NCBI GenBank assembly: GCA_965248695.1
Contig: CBDFKD010000002.1
Location: forward strand, 1,472,001-1,536,000
Length of the DNA stretch: 64,000 bases
Origin: Acidobacteriota bacterium
GTDB lineage: Bacteria > Acidobacteriota > UBA890 > WLXD01
Direction: 5' to 3'
Shown here: positions 26,617-36,054 of the stretch, in pieces
Numbering within the stretch: position 1 is the first letter of the stretch
Layout: each line of letters opens with the position of its first letter
Position numbers and translations under genes: made by a program
Notes under the pieces: model-generated
What the model was told of the DNA's origin: nothing
What the model saw: the letters and a program-made list of their open reading frames with translations, nothing else
The model's database searches: none

Positions 26617-27801
26617 CTAGCCTCCCTGCTGTCGGAACAATGCAATCGAGCTGGTGTAGCCGTGTACGAACGTGCGCCGGTTCACCGGACCGATCTCGCC
26701 GTTGCAGAAGAAGCCGCCGATGGGCATCTCACCCAGCTGGGCATTGATCATGCGGCTATCGTGATGCGGCTGTCCGTACAGCGTCTCGCCGCGTCCCAAG
26801 CACGAGAACAGCAGAGCGCCGTCGGGCGTCACACCGTTCCGAGTCTTGTAGTCACGTAGCAAGGTCTCCAGATCTTCGGCCGACGTATCGGCGTCACGAA
26901 GGTGGAACTGCACCACCTGCCCGGCCTCCACGAGCTCGGCAACCGAGATGACGCCAGTGTCGGGCTCGACGCCCACGAGGTTCCGCACGAGGAAGTCGCC
27001 ATGCGAATACTCCGACCGTCCCTCGGTCATCACCACGCCGATGAACAGCGAGTGGCGGAAGAGCTTCCGATCAGCAACCGACAGCTCCTCGTACAGCTCG
27101 CCGAGCAATTCCGTGGGACGTCTTCCGTCGAGCTCCAGTATTCGATTGCGTACGGCGCCGGTAATGAACAGCGGCGGTCCGACCGGGCGACAACCCTGCG
27201 CCACGATCGTGTCCATGGCGATGTCACCGTTCAGCATCAGGCCGGCAACGCCCTCGGTCCAGACCTCGTCGTCGATGAACAATGCGTTGTCACCGGGACG
27301 ATTGGCGCCACTCGCGAGCCCCCCCACCTTGCGGCTCTCGGGATACGCCGAGTCAAGCGACGCGAGCAATCCGCGCGCATCACAGCTGAAGGGGTCTGCC
27401 AGCAGCACGAAATGGGACGAGGACGCCGAATCGATCTCGAGCTGCCGGCGCCATCCGGAAGCGTCCTCGATCAGACGGTCGCTTCCGCTCGAATCGAGAT
27501 GGAAAGGCTCGATACGCACGTCCGGAAGAACGGCGGCAGTGATCGACAGCGCCGGACTGTGCTCGACCTCGCGTCCGCCGCCGACCACACCGCCGCCGGA
27601 GCAACCCAGCAGGCGGGCGGTCGGAAAATACTGCCGCACCTCCTCGGGCACGGCCGAATAGTCGTCGGCATGATGCTCGGACGCGAACAACAGCAACAGG
27701 TCAGGCTGCTGCCCGGCCAGCACTCGGTCGATCTCCCCGAACGCCTGCTGCACGGCAACGTCGAGACAGGGTTCCTCGGAGACGAACGAAGCCCACTTCA
27801 T
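26617..27801 (-). CDS. FIST domain signal-sensing protein
   Basis: GCSGGGVVG, GGLAS, VAQGCRPVG, FSCLGRG, GFFCNGEIGP, HGYTS motifs. Confidence 0.9.
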   Translation of the reverse strand: MKWASFVSEEPCLDVAVQQAFGEIDRVLAGQQPDLLLLFASEHHADDYSAVPEEVRQYFPTARLLGCSGGGVVGGGREVEHSPALSITAAVLPDVRIEPFHLDSSGSDRLIEDASGWRRQLEIDSASSSHFVLLADPFSCDARGLLASLDSAYPESRKVGGLASGANRPGDNALFIDDEVWTEGVAGLMLNGDIAMDTIVAQGCRPVGPPLFITGAVRNRILELDGRRPTELLGELYEELSVADRKLFRHSLFIGVVMTEGRSEYSHGDFLVRNLVGVEPDTGVISVAELVEAGQVVQFHLRDADTSAEDLETLLRDYKTRNGVTPDGALLFSCLGRGETLYGQPHHDSRMINAQLGEMPIGGFFCNGEIGPVNRRTFVHGYTSSIALFRQQGG

Positions 27802-27940
27802 GCGCCGCAGTGTACACGCTGCAGCTCGCCACCCGGCACGATGGGAGCGACCGTCTGGAGCGCGGTCGCGCGGGCAAGGAACCTCCACCTCGCCTTGCTA
27901 CAATGGGCGCCTATCAACGCTCGCCTGCCGAGGAAACCCC

Positions 27941-28579
27941 TTGCTCAGATCAATCAAGAGAGCCCTGCGTCGCCGCAAATACGGCGACGAGATCGTTGTC
28001 GTCTCCGGACTACCGCGGTCCGGTACGTCGATGATGATGCGGATGCTCGATGCCGCCGGGTTGTCCATTCTCACCGACAACGAGCGCACCGCCGACGCCG
28101 ACAACCCGAAGGGCTACTACGAGCACGAGCGTGTCAAGGATCTCGAGAGCGAGACGGACAAGTCGTGGGTCGGTGAGGCACGCGGGCAGGTGCTGAAGGT
28201 GATCTCGCACTTGCTCAAGGACCTGCCGGAAGAACACTTCTACAAGGTCATCTTCATGCGGCGCGACCTCGACGAAGTGGTCGCTTCGCAGAACAAGATG
28301 CTCGAGCGGCGCGAAGAGGACAATCCGCTCGACGATGTGCAGACGAAGCAGTTCTTCCTACGGCATCTGGTACAGGTGCAGTTTCTGGTGCGCGACCGTC
28401 CCAACTTCCAGATGATCGAGGTGCGCTACAAGGACGCATTGGACGATCCTGCGGCGTTCGTCGGCATAGTCGACGACTTCCTCGAGCGTGGGCTCGATAC
28501 CGGGTCGATGGCGGCGGTCGTGGACCAGCAGCTGTACCGCAACCGCAAGGACGATCTGAGGGCCGCAACGTCTGGTTGA
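27941..28579 (+). CDS. Sulfotransferase-domain (P-loop) protein
   Basis: VVSGLPRSGTSMMMRML PAPS-binding motif, NPKGYYE; probable TTG start with GAGGA RBS. Confidence 0.8.
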   Translation: MLRSIKRALRRRKYGDEIVVVSGLPRSGTSMMMRMLDAAGLSILTDNERTADADNPKGYYEHERVKDLESETDKSWVGEARGQVLKVISHLLKDLPEEHFYKVIFMRRDLDEVVASQNKMLERREEDNPLDDVQTKQFFLRHLVQVQFLVRDRPNFQMIEVRYKDALDDPAAFVGIVDDFLERGLDTGSMAAVVDQQLYRNRKDDLRAATSG

Positions 28580-28617
28580 GCTCGATCGGTCGTTGCTCAG
28601 GCTAGAAGCCGGGCCGG

Positions 28618-29430
28618 CTACCCGGCCACCATCAGATCGACCACCGAGTCGACCACAGCGTCGGCTTCGAACGCACCGCCGCCTGCAGACTCGCTCCGAT
28701 CCGGAGCTCCGTCGCGGTACTTTCCGGTGCGCACGAGGACCGTCCGCATTCCCACAGCGGCGGCGGCAGCAGCGTCCGTGATCGGATCGTCGCCGACCAT
28801 GGCGACCGACCCTGCCGGCAGCCCCATGGTGCCGAGCACCGTCTCGAAGATCGCGTGCTCGGGCTTGCCGAAAATCATCGCCGTGCTGCCGGTGGCGTAT
28901 TCGAGCGCCACCACGAACGGGCCCGCATCGAGGCGCAGACCGTCCGCCGTCAGCCAGTATCGGCTGCGTACCAATCCGATGAGCCGCGCGCCGCGCTCGT
29001 GCACCAGGACGAAGGCCCGGTTGAGCAGGTCGAACGTCCACTCGTCACCCAGGTCACCCACCACCACGTAGTCGGGTTTGTCGGGGTCGAGGCGAACGCC
29101 GTCGAAGTCCGACCGCGCCGCTGACGCCACGAGCAGCCAGGCGCTGGCGTCGTTGTCGCGCAGGTATCGTCCGGCCGCGGTCGGAGCGCAAAACACCTCA
29201 TCGGCGGCAACGTCGAAGCCCATACGCTGGAGCTTGAGCGTCAGCGAGTCATGCGCGCGCGTGGTGGTGTTGGTGAGGAAGCGCATCGCGATCCCACGGG
29301 CGCGCAGCGCGGCCACCGCCTGCGCGGCGCCGTCCACGGGCCGGTCGCCGACGTAGAGAGTCCCCTCAAGGTCGAATACCAGCCCGGCGACGCCGTTCAG
29401 CTCCGGAATCAGCACAGACTCGACGCTCAT
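28618..29430 (-). CDS. HAD-IIA hydrolase (LHPP/TIGR01458-like)
   Basis: FDLEGTL, LTNTTT, GKP, MVGDD, VRTGKY motifs. Confidence 0.88.
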   Translation of the reverse strand: MSVESVLIPELNGVAGLVFDLEGTLYVGDRPVDGAAQAVAALRARGIAMRFLTNTTTRAHDSLTLKLQRMGFDVAADEVFCAPTAAGRYLRDNDASAWLLVASAARSDFDGVRLDPDKPDYVVVGDLGDEWTFDLLNRAFVLVHERGARLIGLVRSRYWLTADGLRLDAGPFVVALEYATGSTAMIFGKPEHAIFETVLGTMGLPAGSVAMVGDDPITDAAAAAAVGMRTVLVRTGKYRDGAPDRSESAGGGAFEADAVVDSVVDLMVAG

Positions 29431-29474
29431 GCCGTCAGTCTACGCCGCCGCCGGAAGCGATCGAGCCCTGGCAG

Positions 29475-29526
29475 TTGTCCTCAACAGCTTAGGTGTGCTA
29501 GTTTTCTATCCCCTAAACGGATTAGG
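29475..29526 (+). promoter_or_regulatory. Putative padR promoter with two CCT[AC]A-N5-TTAGG palindromic operators
   Basis: CCTCAACAGCTTAGG at 29479-29493 and CCTAAACGGATTAGG at 29512-29526 flank an extended -10 TGcTAGTTT. Confidence 0.55.
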
Positions 29527-29567
29527 TCACGGCTCACACCGACGACTCGACTGCCGAGGAAGACATC

Positions 29568-29915
29568 ATGGGTAACATCGACGCCGGAACGCTGTACGGC
29601 TCCCTGAGCCTGCTGATCCTGCAGGCCCTGACGCATGGCCCGGTGCACGGGCTGGGAATCAGTCGTCGCATCGAACAGCTGGCCGGCGACGCCCTGCGTA
29701 TCGAGGAGGGTGCTCTCTATCCGGCGCTGCACCGCCTGGAACGCGACGGCCTTCTCACCGGCGCGTGGGGGATATCGGATACGCAAAGGCGCGCCAAGCT
29801 GTACGAGCTGACCGAGGACGGCCACCGGCGCCTGCGACGCGAAACGCGCCGCTGGCTGCGGCACACGAACGCGGTCGCGGCGGTGCTCGACGTGTCGCGC
29901 CAGTGGAGCGACTGA
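29568..29915 (+). CDS. PadR-family transcriptional regulator (acidobacterial type)
   Basis: LYGSLSLLILQAL, HGLGI, EEGALYPALHRLE, RRAKLYELT motifs. Confidence 0.9.
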   Translation: MGNIDAGTLYGSLSLLILQALTHGPVHGLGISRRIEQLAGDALRIEEGALYPALHRLERDGLLTGAWGISDTQRRAKLYELTEDGHRRLRRETRRWLRHTNAVAAVLDVSRQWSD

Positions 29916-29918
29916 CGC

Positions 29919-32585
29919 TTGCGTGACTGGCGCGATACCTGGCGTGATCTATTCCCGCGCCGCGCACTGCGATCCGATATCGACGCCGAGCTCGACTTCC
30001 ATATCGAGGGTCGTGTAGCGGAGCTCGTGCGCCGTGGGCGCACGGAAGAAGAGGCGCGCCGCGAGGTCATGCGGCGGTTTGGTGATCGCACTCAGGTACA
30101 TGTCGACTGCCGACGAATGGCGCTACAGCGCATCGAGCGCGAGGAGTGGAGCATGATGATCGACAAGCTCTGGCACGACCTACGAATGGCGCTGCGCTCG
30201 CTGAGCAGGCGACCCGGTCTGAGCGCGGTGGTCGTGCTCACCCTGGCGCTCGGAATCGGATCGACGACCGCCATCTTCAGCGTCGTCAACGGTGTGCTCC
30301 TGCGCCCGCTCCCGTATGAGGACGCTTCGCGGCTGGCGATGATCTGGGAGAACGACCGCGCTACGGGAACCGTTCGCGAGCAGGCTTCGGTGCACGACTT
30401 CATCGACTTCCGCGAGCGCAGCCGGGAGTTCGACGTCATGGCGATCTATGCCACCGGCAACCTCAACCTGACGCGTGCCAGCGGCGAGCCTCGGCGGCTG
30501 AGGGTAGTGACGGCCAACGCCGATCTGTTGGGAGTTCTGGGTGTCAGCCCCGCCCTGGGACGAGAGTTCACCGCCGCCGAAGATGTCCCCGGCGGCGAGC
30601 AGGTGGTCCTCCTGACGCACGCCTTCTGGCGCGATGCGTTTGCTGCCGCGCCGGACGTGGTGGGTAGCTCGATCCGGCTCAACGACCGCGGCTACACGGT
30701 GATCGGCGTTCTCCCAGCCGGCTTCGACTTCCCCGATCCCGACTACGACCTGTGGACATCCCTGCAACGCGACGCGACCAATTCGGGGCGGGCTCGACAC
30801 GACGTCAACGTGCTTGGGCGACTAGCCGCCGACTCGTCGTTTGCACAGGCGGCCGACGAGCTCGATTCGATCGCAGCCGACCTGGAGGCCAGCTATCGGG
30901 AGAACGCCAATCGCGGTGTCCTGGTCGAGCCGCTGACCGACTATCGAAGTGGCGGCGCCAAGACGACGCTGTGGCTGCTGTTCGGGGCGGTGACAACCGT
31001 GCTGGCGATCGCCTGCGCCAACGTTGCCAACCTGCTCCTGGCACAGGGCGCCGGACGGGCGCAGGAGACGGCCGTCTACGTGGCACTGGGCGCCAGCAAT
31101 GCACGGCTGGCACGGCGCTTCCTGGCGGAGGGGTTGGTACTGACCGGCCTGGCCCTGCTCGCCGGAGGGGCCCTTTCGATCGTCGGGCTGCGGGCGCTGC
31201 TGACGCTGGCTCCACCGCAGCTGCTCGGTCGTGACGTCGTCGGCCTCGATGCCTGGGTGCTGCTGTTCGCCGCCGGAACCAGCGCCCTCATCGGTATAGG
31301 TTGCGGGTTATTGCCGACCCTCCAATCTCGCCGAGTCAACGTTCAGAGCGCCCTGAAGGAAGGACGCTCACAGGCCGAGGCTGCGGCGGTATCGAAGCTG
31401 TTCATGCGCCGCTGCTTGGTCGCCGGGCAAACTGCGCTGGCCGTTGTCTTGCTGGTGGCCGCCGCGCTGCTCATCGGAACGCTGCGGAACCTGCAAGGCG
31501 TGGACCCCGGGTTTCGCGCCGACAACGTGCTTCGCGCCGATCTTCAGCTTCCCGACTCACGCTACCCGCGCGCCTTCCAGAACTGGCCCGACTGGCCGGA
31601 GCGGCGCAACTTCTACAGCTCCCTGCTCGAACGCGTGCGCGCTCTGCCCGGCGTGCGCGCCGCGACCCTCGCCTCGCAACACCCACTGCAGGCGGGCTTC
31701 ACCAACAGCTTCGGGATCGTCGGCATCCCGTACGACAGTGGGCAGGGCGAGATCACCATCCGCCTGGTGAGCCCGACCTACTTCGATACCGTCGGTGCGA
31801 CGCTTCTCCACGGTCGCCTGATGGACGCTACCGACGATGCTCGGAGCGAGCCGGTGGCGATCATCAACGAAGCGGCCCGGCAGCGGTACTTCGCGCAACT
31901 GGAGCCGCTCGAGCACGCGCTGGAGCTACCGTGGGCCGGGATCCCGCGCCGCGTCATCGGGGTTATCGAGAACGAAAGGACGCTGGGACTGGATCGCGCC
32001 GCGCCGCCGGCGATGTACGTGAACCTGCTGCAAGCCCCGGCATTCGGTGTCGTCACCCTGATGGTGCACACCGACGCTGATCCTCTCGACATGGCCGCGC
32101 CGGTGCGCACGAGCATCTGGTCGCTCGACCCCGACCTGGCCGTGTACAACATCGACACGATGACATCGACGCTCGCCGCCGCCATGGCGCGCGAGCGTTT
32201 CGCGTCCACGATCCTCGGGATCTTCTCGCTCATCGCCCTGTTCCTTGCTGCGCTCGGCGTGTACGGGGTGCTCAGCTATCTGGTGTCGCAGCGACGCCAC
32301 GAGGTCGGTGTGCGAATGGCGCTTGGTGCCAGTAGCGCAGACGTGCTGCGCATGGTGGTTGGCCAGAGCGGATGGATGATCGGCAGCGGGCTGGCAATCG
32401 GCTTGCTCCTCGCAGTCGGTGCCTCACGATGGATCACCACCCTGCTGTTCGAGGTCAGCCCGACGGAGCCGTCGACGTACCTGGCCGTCGTGATCTGCTT
32501 GCTGCTCGCTGCGGCCGTAGCCTCGGTGCTACCGGCGCGTCGTGCAGCAGCCATCGACCCGGCGGTATCACTGCGCGGCGAGTGA
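29919..32585 (+). CDS. ADOP-type duplicated MacB/FtsX ABC permease
   Basis: Permease prefix ELDFH...RRFGD; LTLALGIG, IACANVANLLL, GVRMALGA, PARRAAAIDP motifs. Confidence 0.9.
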   Translation: MRDWRDTWRDLFPRRALRSDIDAELDFHIEGRVAELVRRGRTEEEARREVMRRFGDRTQVHVDCRRMALQRIEREEWSMMIDKLWHDLRMALRSLSRRPGLSAVVVLTLALGIGSTTAIFSVVNGVLLRPLPYEDASRLAMIWENDRATGTVREQASVHDFIDFRERSREFDVMAIYATGNLNLTRASGEPRRLRVVTANADLLGVLGVSPALGREFTAAEDVPGGEQVVLLTHAFWRDAFAAAPDVVGSSIRLNDRGYTVIGVLPAGFDFPDPDYDLWTSLQRDATNSGRARHDVNVLGRLAADSSFAQAADELDSIAADLEASYRENANRGVLVEPLTDYRSGGAKTTLWLLFGAVTTVLAIACANVANLLLAQGAGRAQETAVYVALGASNARLARRFLAEGLVLTGLALLAGGALSIVGLRALLTLAPPQLLGRDVVGLDAWVLLFAAGTSALIGIGCGLLPTLQSRRVNVQSALKEGRSQAEAAAVSKLFMRRCLVAGQTALAVVLLVAAALLIGTLRNLQGVDPGFRADNVLRADLQLPDSRYPRAFQNWPDWPERRNFYSSLLERVRALPGVRAATLASQHPLQAGFTNSFGIVGIPYDSGQGEITIRLVSPTYFDTVGATLLHGRLMDATDDARSEPVAIINEAARQRYFAQLEPLEHALELPWAGIPRRVIGVIENERTLGLDRAAPPAMYVNLLQAPAFGVVTLMVHTDADPLDMAAPVRTSIWSLDPDLAVYNIDTMTSTLAAAMARERFASTILGIFSLIALFLAALGVYGVLSYLVSQRRHEVGVRMALGASSADVLRMVVGQSGWMIGSGLAIGLLLAVGASRWITTLLFEVSPTEPSTYLAVVICLLLAAAVASVLPARRAAAIDPAVSLRGE

Positions 32586-32628
32586 CCTGGTACGCGGGAG
32601 AGTCGGGAGATCTGACTCGCGCGTCCCG

Positions 32629-33219
32629 CTATCGGGACGACACGTCCGCTTCCGAACGCCCGACGCGGCGCCACAGCCATAAGGTCAGAGCGACCATCAG
32701 CAGCGCCGCGGCGATCCACGACCACGGCCCCAGCCGTTGTACCGAGCCACTGCGAAGCACCGCGCCGAGTCCGGTCCCCGTGAGCGTGAAGACGATCGCG
32801 CCCGGAAGAATGCCGACAGCGGTGGTCCAAACGAAGGTACGCCGGGGGATCATGGTCAGCCCGGCAGCCCAGTTCACCGCGGTAAAGGCAACGGTCGGGA
32901 GGAACCGCAGCGTCAGCAGCACCGGCCAGCCGGCCGAGTGCATGGTGCGGTCGGCCTGTTGCAGAAGGCGCAACGGTACCAGCCGCTCACCCAGCGGCCG
33001 TCCGAAGCGACGCGCCAACTCGAAGCTGATCTGCGCCCCCGTGAGCGCGAAGAGCCAGGTGACGAGCGTCCCCCACACAGGGCCGAACACCATCCCGTTC
33101 AGCAGCGCCGGTATCTCGGCGGGAATGGGGAGGATTGCCACGATCAAGGTGAATAACGGCGCCAGTACGTAGACGAGGTTGCCGGAACCCTCGATCCAAT
33201 GTGCGAGCGCTTCGAACAT
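32629..33219 (-). CDS. TVP38/VTT (SNARE-associated, DedA-like) membrane protein
   Basis: PIPAE, GMVFG, LARRFGR, LRFLP, GILPG motifs. Confidence 0.85.
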   Translation of the reverse strand: MFEALAHWIEGSGNLVYVLAPLFTLIVAILPIPAEIPALLNGMVFGPVWGTLVTWLFALTGAQISFELARRFGRPLGERLVPLRLLQQADRTMHSAGWPVLLTLRFLPTVAFTAVNWAAGLTMIPRRTFVWTTAVGILPGAIVFTLTGTGLGAVLRSGSVQRLGPWSWIAAALLMVALTLWLWRRVGRSEADVSSR

Positions 33220-33543
33220 GGCCCCTCTGACCTGCGTGCGACGACACCCGCTCTCCTCAGCCGGGCATGGTGCCGACAACTCGTTCGCGGGCGAACACTA
33301 CAAATGTAAAGCAGATTCCGTGCCAGTCGTACTTGGCCAGACCAATCCAGCGTCATGTTCACCATCTTCGGCGACGTGGCGCGGGACGCGAGTTAATCGG
33401 CTGGTAGCAGGCGCCTGGAACAGGTCCCGAGGCCGGTGAGCGCCTATGAGCGTGCGCAGGCGCTCATATCCGCGCACTCCGGGTGCACTCGGATCGTAGC
33501 GTGGCTCGGAGTCTGGGTCGGCGGCCCTCGCGGACCCTTCCCG

Positions 33544-33572
33544 TTGGATCTCGCACGCTCTGGCGATACGCT
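33544..33572 (+). promoter_or_regulatory. Conserved kinase-family promoter, copy 1 (TTGGAT-N17-TACGCT)
   Basis: Same element 33 bp upstream of the ATG in four kinase copies. Confidence 0.55.
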
Positions 33573-33605
33573 TCACGCGCTCACCCACCCTGCCTCCGGA
33601 GCGTC

Positions 33606-34671
33606 ATGGAACCCGGCACCAAACTAGGCCCCTACGAGATCACCGAGCAGCTCGGCGCTGGCGGTATGGGCGAGGTGTGGCTGGCGGAGGACTCGCGCCT
33701 GGGCCGCGAGGTGGCCATCAAGGTGCTGCCCGCCGAGTTTGCCTCTGACCCCGAGCGCCTCGCCCGCTTCGAGCAGGAGGCCCGCGCTGCGGCCGCGCTG
33801 AACCATCCGCACATCGCAGCCGTTCATGACGTGGGCGTCGAGGACGGCACCCATTTCATGGTGCAGGAGTTCCTGGAGGGGAACACGCTCCGTGAGCCCC
33901 TGCAGAACGGTGCGCTGCCATTGAAGCAGGCTCTCCGATTGGCCACCGAGATCGCCGAGGCGCTGGCTGCTGCTCACGCCGCCGGGATCGTTCACCGGGA
34001 TCTGAAGCCGGAGAACATCTTCGTCACCAAGGAGGGGCACGCCAAGGTGCTGGACTTCGGCCTGGCGAAGCTGACCGAGGTAGCGGTGGCAGGATCGCCG
34101 GGAGGTGCAACGCAGTCGCCCACGATGATGGGCACGGTGGCCGGTCAGGTGATGGGTACTGCCGGCTACATGGCGCCGGAGCAGGTGGAGGGCTCCGAGG
34201 AGATCGACCATCGAGCCGATCTGTTCGCCTTCGGCTGCGTGCTCTACGAGATTGTCGGCGGCAAACGGGCCTTCACCGGCCCCACCGTGCTCGACACGCT
34301 GCACGCCATCGCCCGCACGGATCCGCAGCCCGTCAACGAAATCAAGCCCGGCCTGCCGACGGAGCTCGAACGCATTCTGAACAAGTGTCGAGTCAGGCAC
34401 TGCGGCGACGAGCGCACTGGGCACCCCCGCTTCGACGACGATCAGCGGCAGTCGTGTGGGCTTGGTGCCCGCGGCATTGGCGGTGACCGCACTGGTGGCG
34501 ATCGCAGCGATCGGCGGCGTAATCGGCGGGCGGACGCTGACCGGTGCGCCGGAGCTCCCGATGATGATCTTCGACATCGAGCTGCCGGAGAACGCCCGCA
34601 TGGCCCTGACCTGCCCCAAGTGTTTGGGCAGGTCACGTGGAACTAAGGCGACAGTGACGGAGTTCACCTGA
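33606..34671 (+). pseudogene. Truncated Ser/Thr kinase-propeller gene (kinase domain, internal deletion, TM helix, propeller lost)
   Basis: [26 protein letters not shown]; breaks after NKC at 34389; shifted frame gives ESG...TM helix...FDIELP, then stops at 34671. Confidence 0.85.
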
Positions 34672-34770
34672 TCGCTAGCGACGACGCCGCCTGATCGAAT
34701 TCCTCAATCGACAAACATTTGCGAATAACACGGCTCTCACGGACTTTGCCCTATCAGTCAGAGGAGACGG

Positions 34771-35826
34771 ATGATGAAGGTTCTTCGCGGTTTCGGGGTG
34801 CTGGTGGTTCTCGTCGTCTTGGGCACAGCTGTAGGCCAACCGATGGCCCACGCCCAGACCACCATCAAGGTCATGGTGCCAACCGGCGTCAAGGCGGAAC
34901 TGGCGGATCTGGAAGCCCGGTTGCCTAACCTCGAGCTCATCGAGCCGGAACCGGAGCGTATCCTCGAGGCAGTGCCCGAGTGCGATGCGATCATCGGGCT
35001 GGTCTACGGCCGGAACGCCCGGGAGATCCTTCGTCGTGGCGAAAAACTACGCTGGGTTCACAGCACTAGCGCCGGTGTGGAGAACATTGTGCACCTGCCG
35101 GAGATGCAAAACAGCGACATCGTCTTGACCAACGCCAAGATCATCCAAGGCCCGGAGATCGCCGATCATGCGTTTGCCCTTCTGTTGACCCACACACGCA
35201 ACCTGAAGCAATTCAACCAGGCAATGAGCGACGGTTGGATGCAGGACCTCGGCAATCCCCGCCTGCCGATCATCGAACTGCGAGGCAAAACGATGCTGAT
35301 TATCGGTCTGGGCGGCATCGGCACCCAGCTAGCGCAGCGCGCTGCGGCCTTCGGGATGCGTGTACTTGCGGTCGATCCCAAGGACATCCCGCTGCGGCGC
35401 GACGTGGAATACGTCGGCAAACCGGATGAGTTAAACGATCTGCTCCCAGAAGCCGACGTCGTCGTGAGCTCCGTTCCCCACACACCACAGTCGGAGGGGA
35501 TGCTTGGCAAAGAGCAGTTCGACCTAATGAAGGATGGTGTCTATTTCATCAATGTCTCGCGAGGCAAGATCGTCCAGACCGACGCGCTGGTCGCAGCGCT
35601 TCAGTCAGGCAAGGTTCGCGCTGCCGGTCTGGATGTCACCGACCCGGAGCCGCTGCCCGCCGAGCATCCTCTCTGGGAGATGGGCAACGTCATCATCACG
35701 CCGCATATCGCGTTCAGTTCGGATCAGTCATGGGGACGGCAGGTGAAGTTGATGCAGGCCAACATCGAACGTTTTGTCACCGGGCAGCCACTGTTGCATG
35801 TGGTCAACCAGGCTGCCGGTTTCTAG
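34771..35826 (+). CDS. D-2-hydroxyacid dehydrogenase family (NAD(P)-binding) with N-terminal signal-like peptide
   Basis: GLGGIG, NVSRG, LDVTDPEPL, ITPHIA motifs; GAGGAG RBS. Confidence 0.9.
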   Translation: MMKVLRGFGVLVVLVVLGTAVGQPMAHAQTTIKVMVPTGVKAELADLEARLPNLELIEPEPERILEAVPECDAIIGLVYGRNAREILRRGEKLRWVHSTSAGVENIVHLPEMQNSDIVLTNAKIIQGPEIADHAFALLLTHTRNLKQFNQAMSDGWMQDLGNPRLPIIELRGKTMLIIGLGGIGTQLAQRAAAFGMRVLAVDPKDIPLRRDVEYVGKPDELNDLLPEADVVVSSVPHTPQSEGMLGKEQFDLMKDGVYFINVSRGKIVQTDALVAALQSGKVRAAGLDVTDPEPLPAEHPLWEMGNVIITPHIAFSSDQSWGRQVKLMQANIERFVTGQPLLHVVNQAAGF

Positions 35827-35942
35827 CCGCAGGCCCGCGCTTCCAGCCGTGGGCGGCCGACAATCTCACAGGCACTTCGGGTGGGCTGTATGTCCGTGGA
35901 CGTTAGAAGGGCGCGGAGATCCGCTATGCGGTAGTGGATCCC

Positions 35943-36040
35943 ATGGATCCGGGGCAGGCCAAGTTGTCGACTCCGTGGACCCTCGCCCCGCTTGGCGCGA
36001 GCGGCATGGGAGAGGTGCCCCTGGCCGATGACCTCAAGCA
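35943..36040 (+). pseudogene. Degenerate 5' remnant of a Ser/Thr kinase gene
   Basis: MDPGQAKLSTPWTLAPLGASGMGEVPLADD aligns to [29 protein letters not shown]. Confidence 0.6.
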
Positions 36041-36054
36041 CCTCGCCGTGAGCC

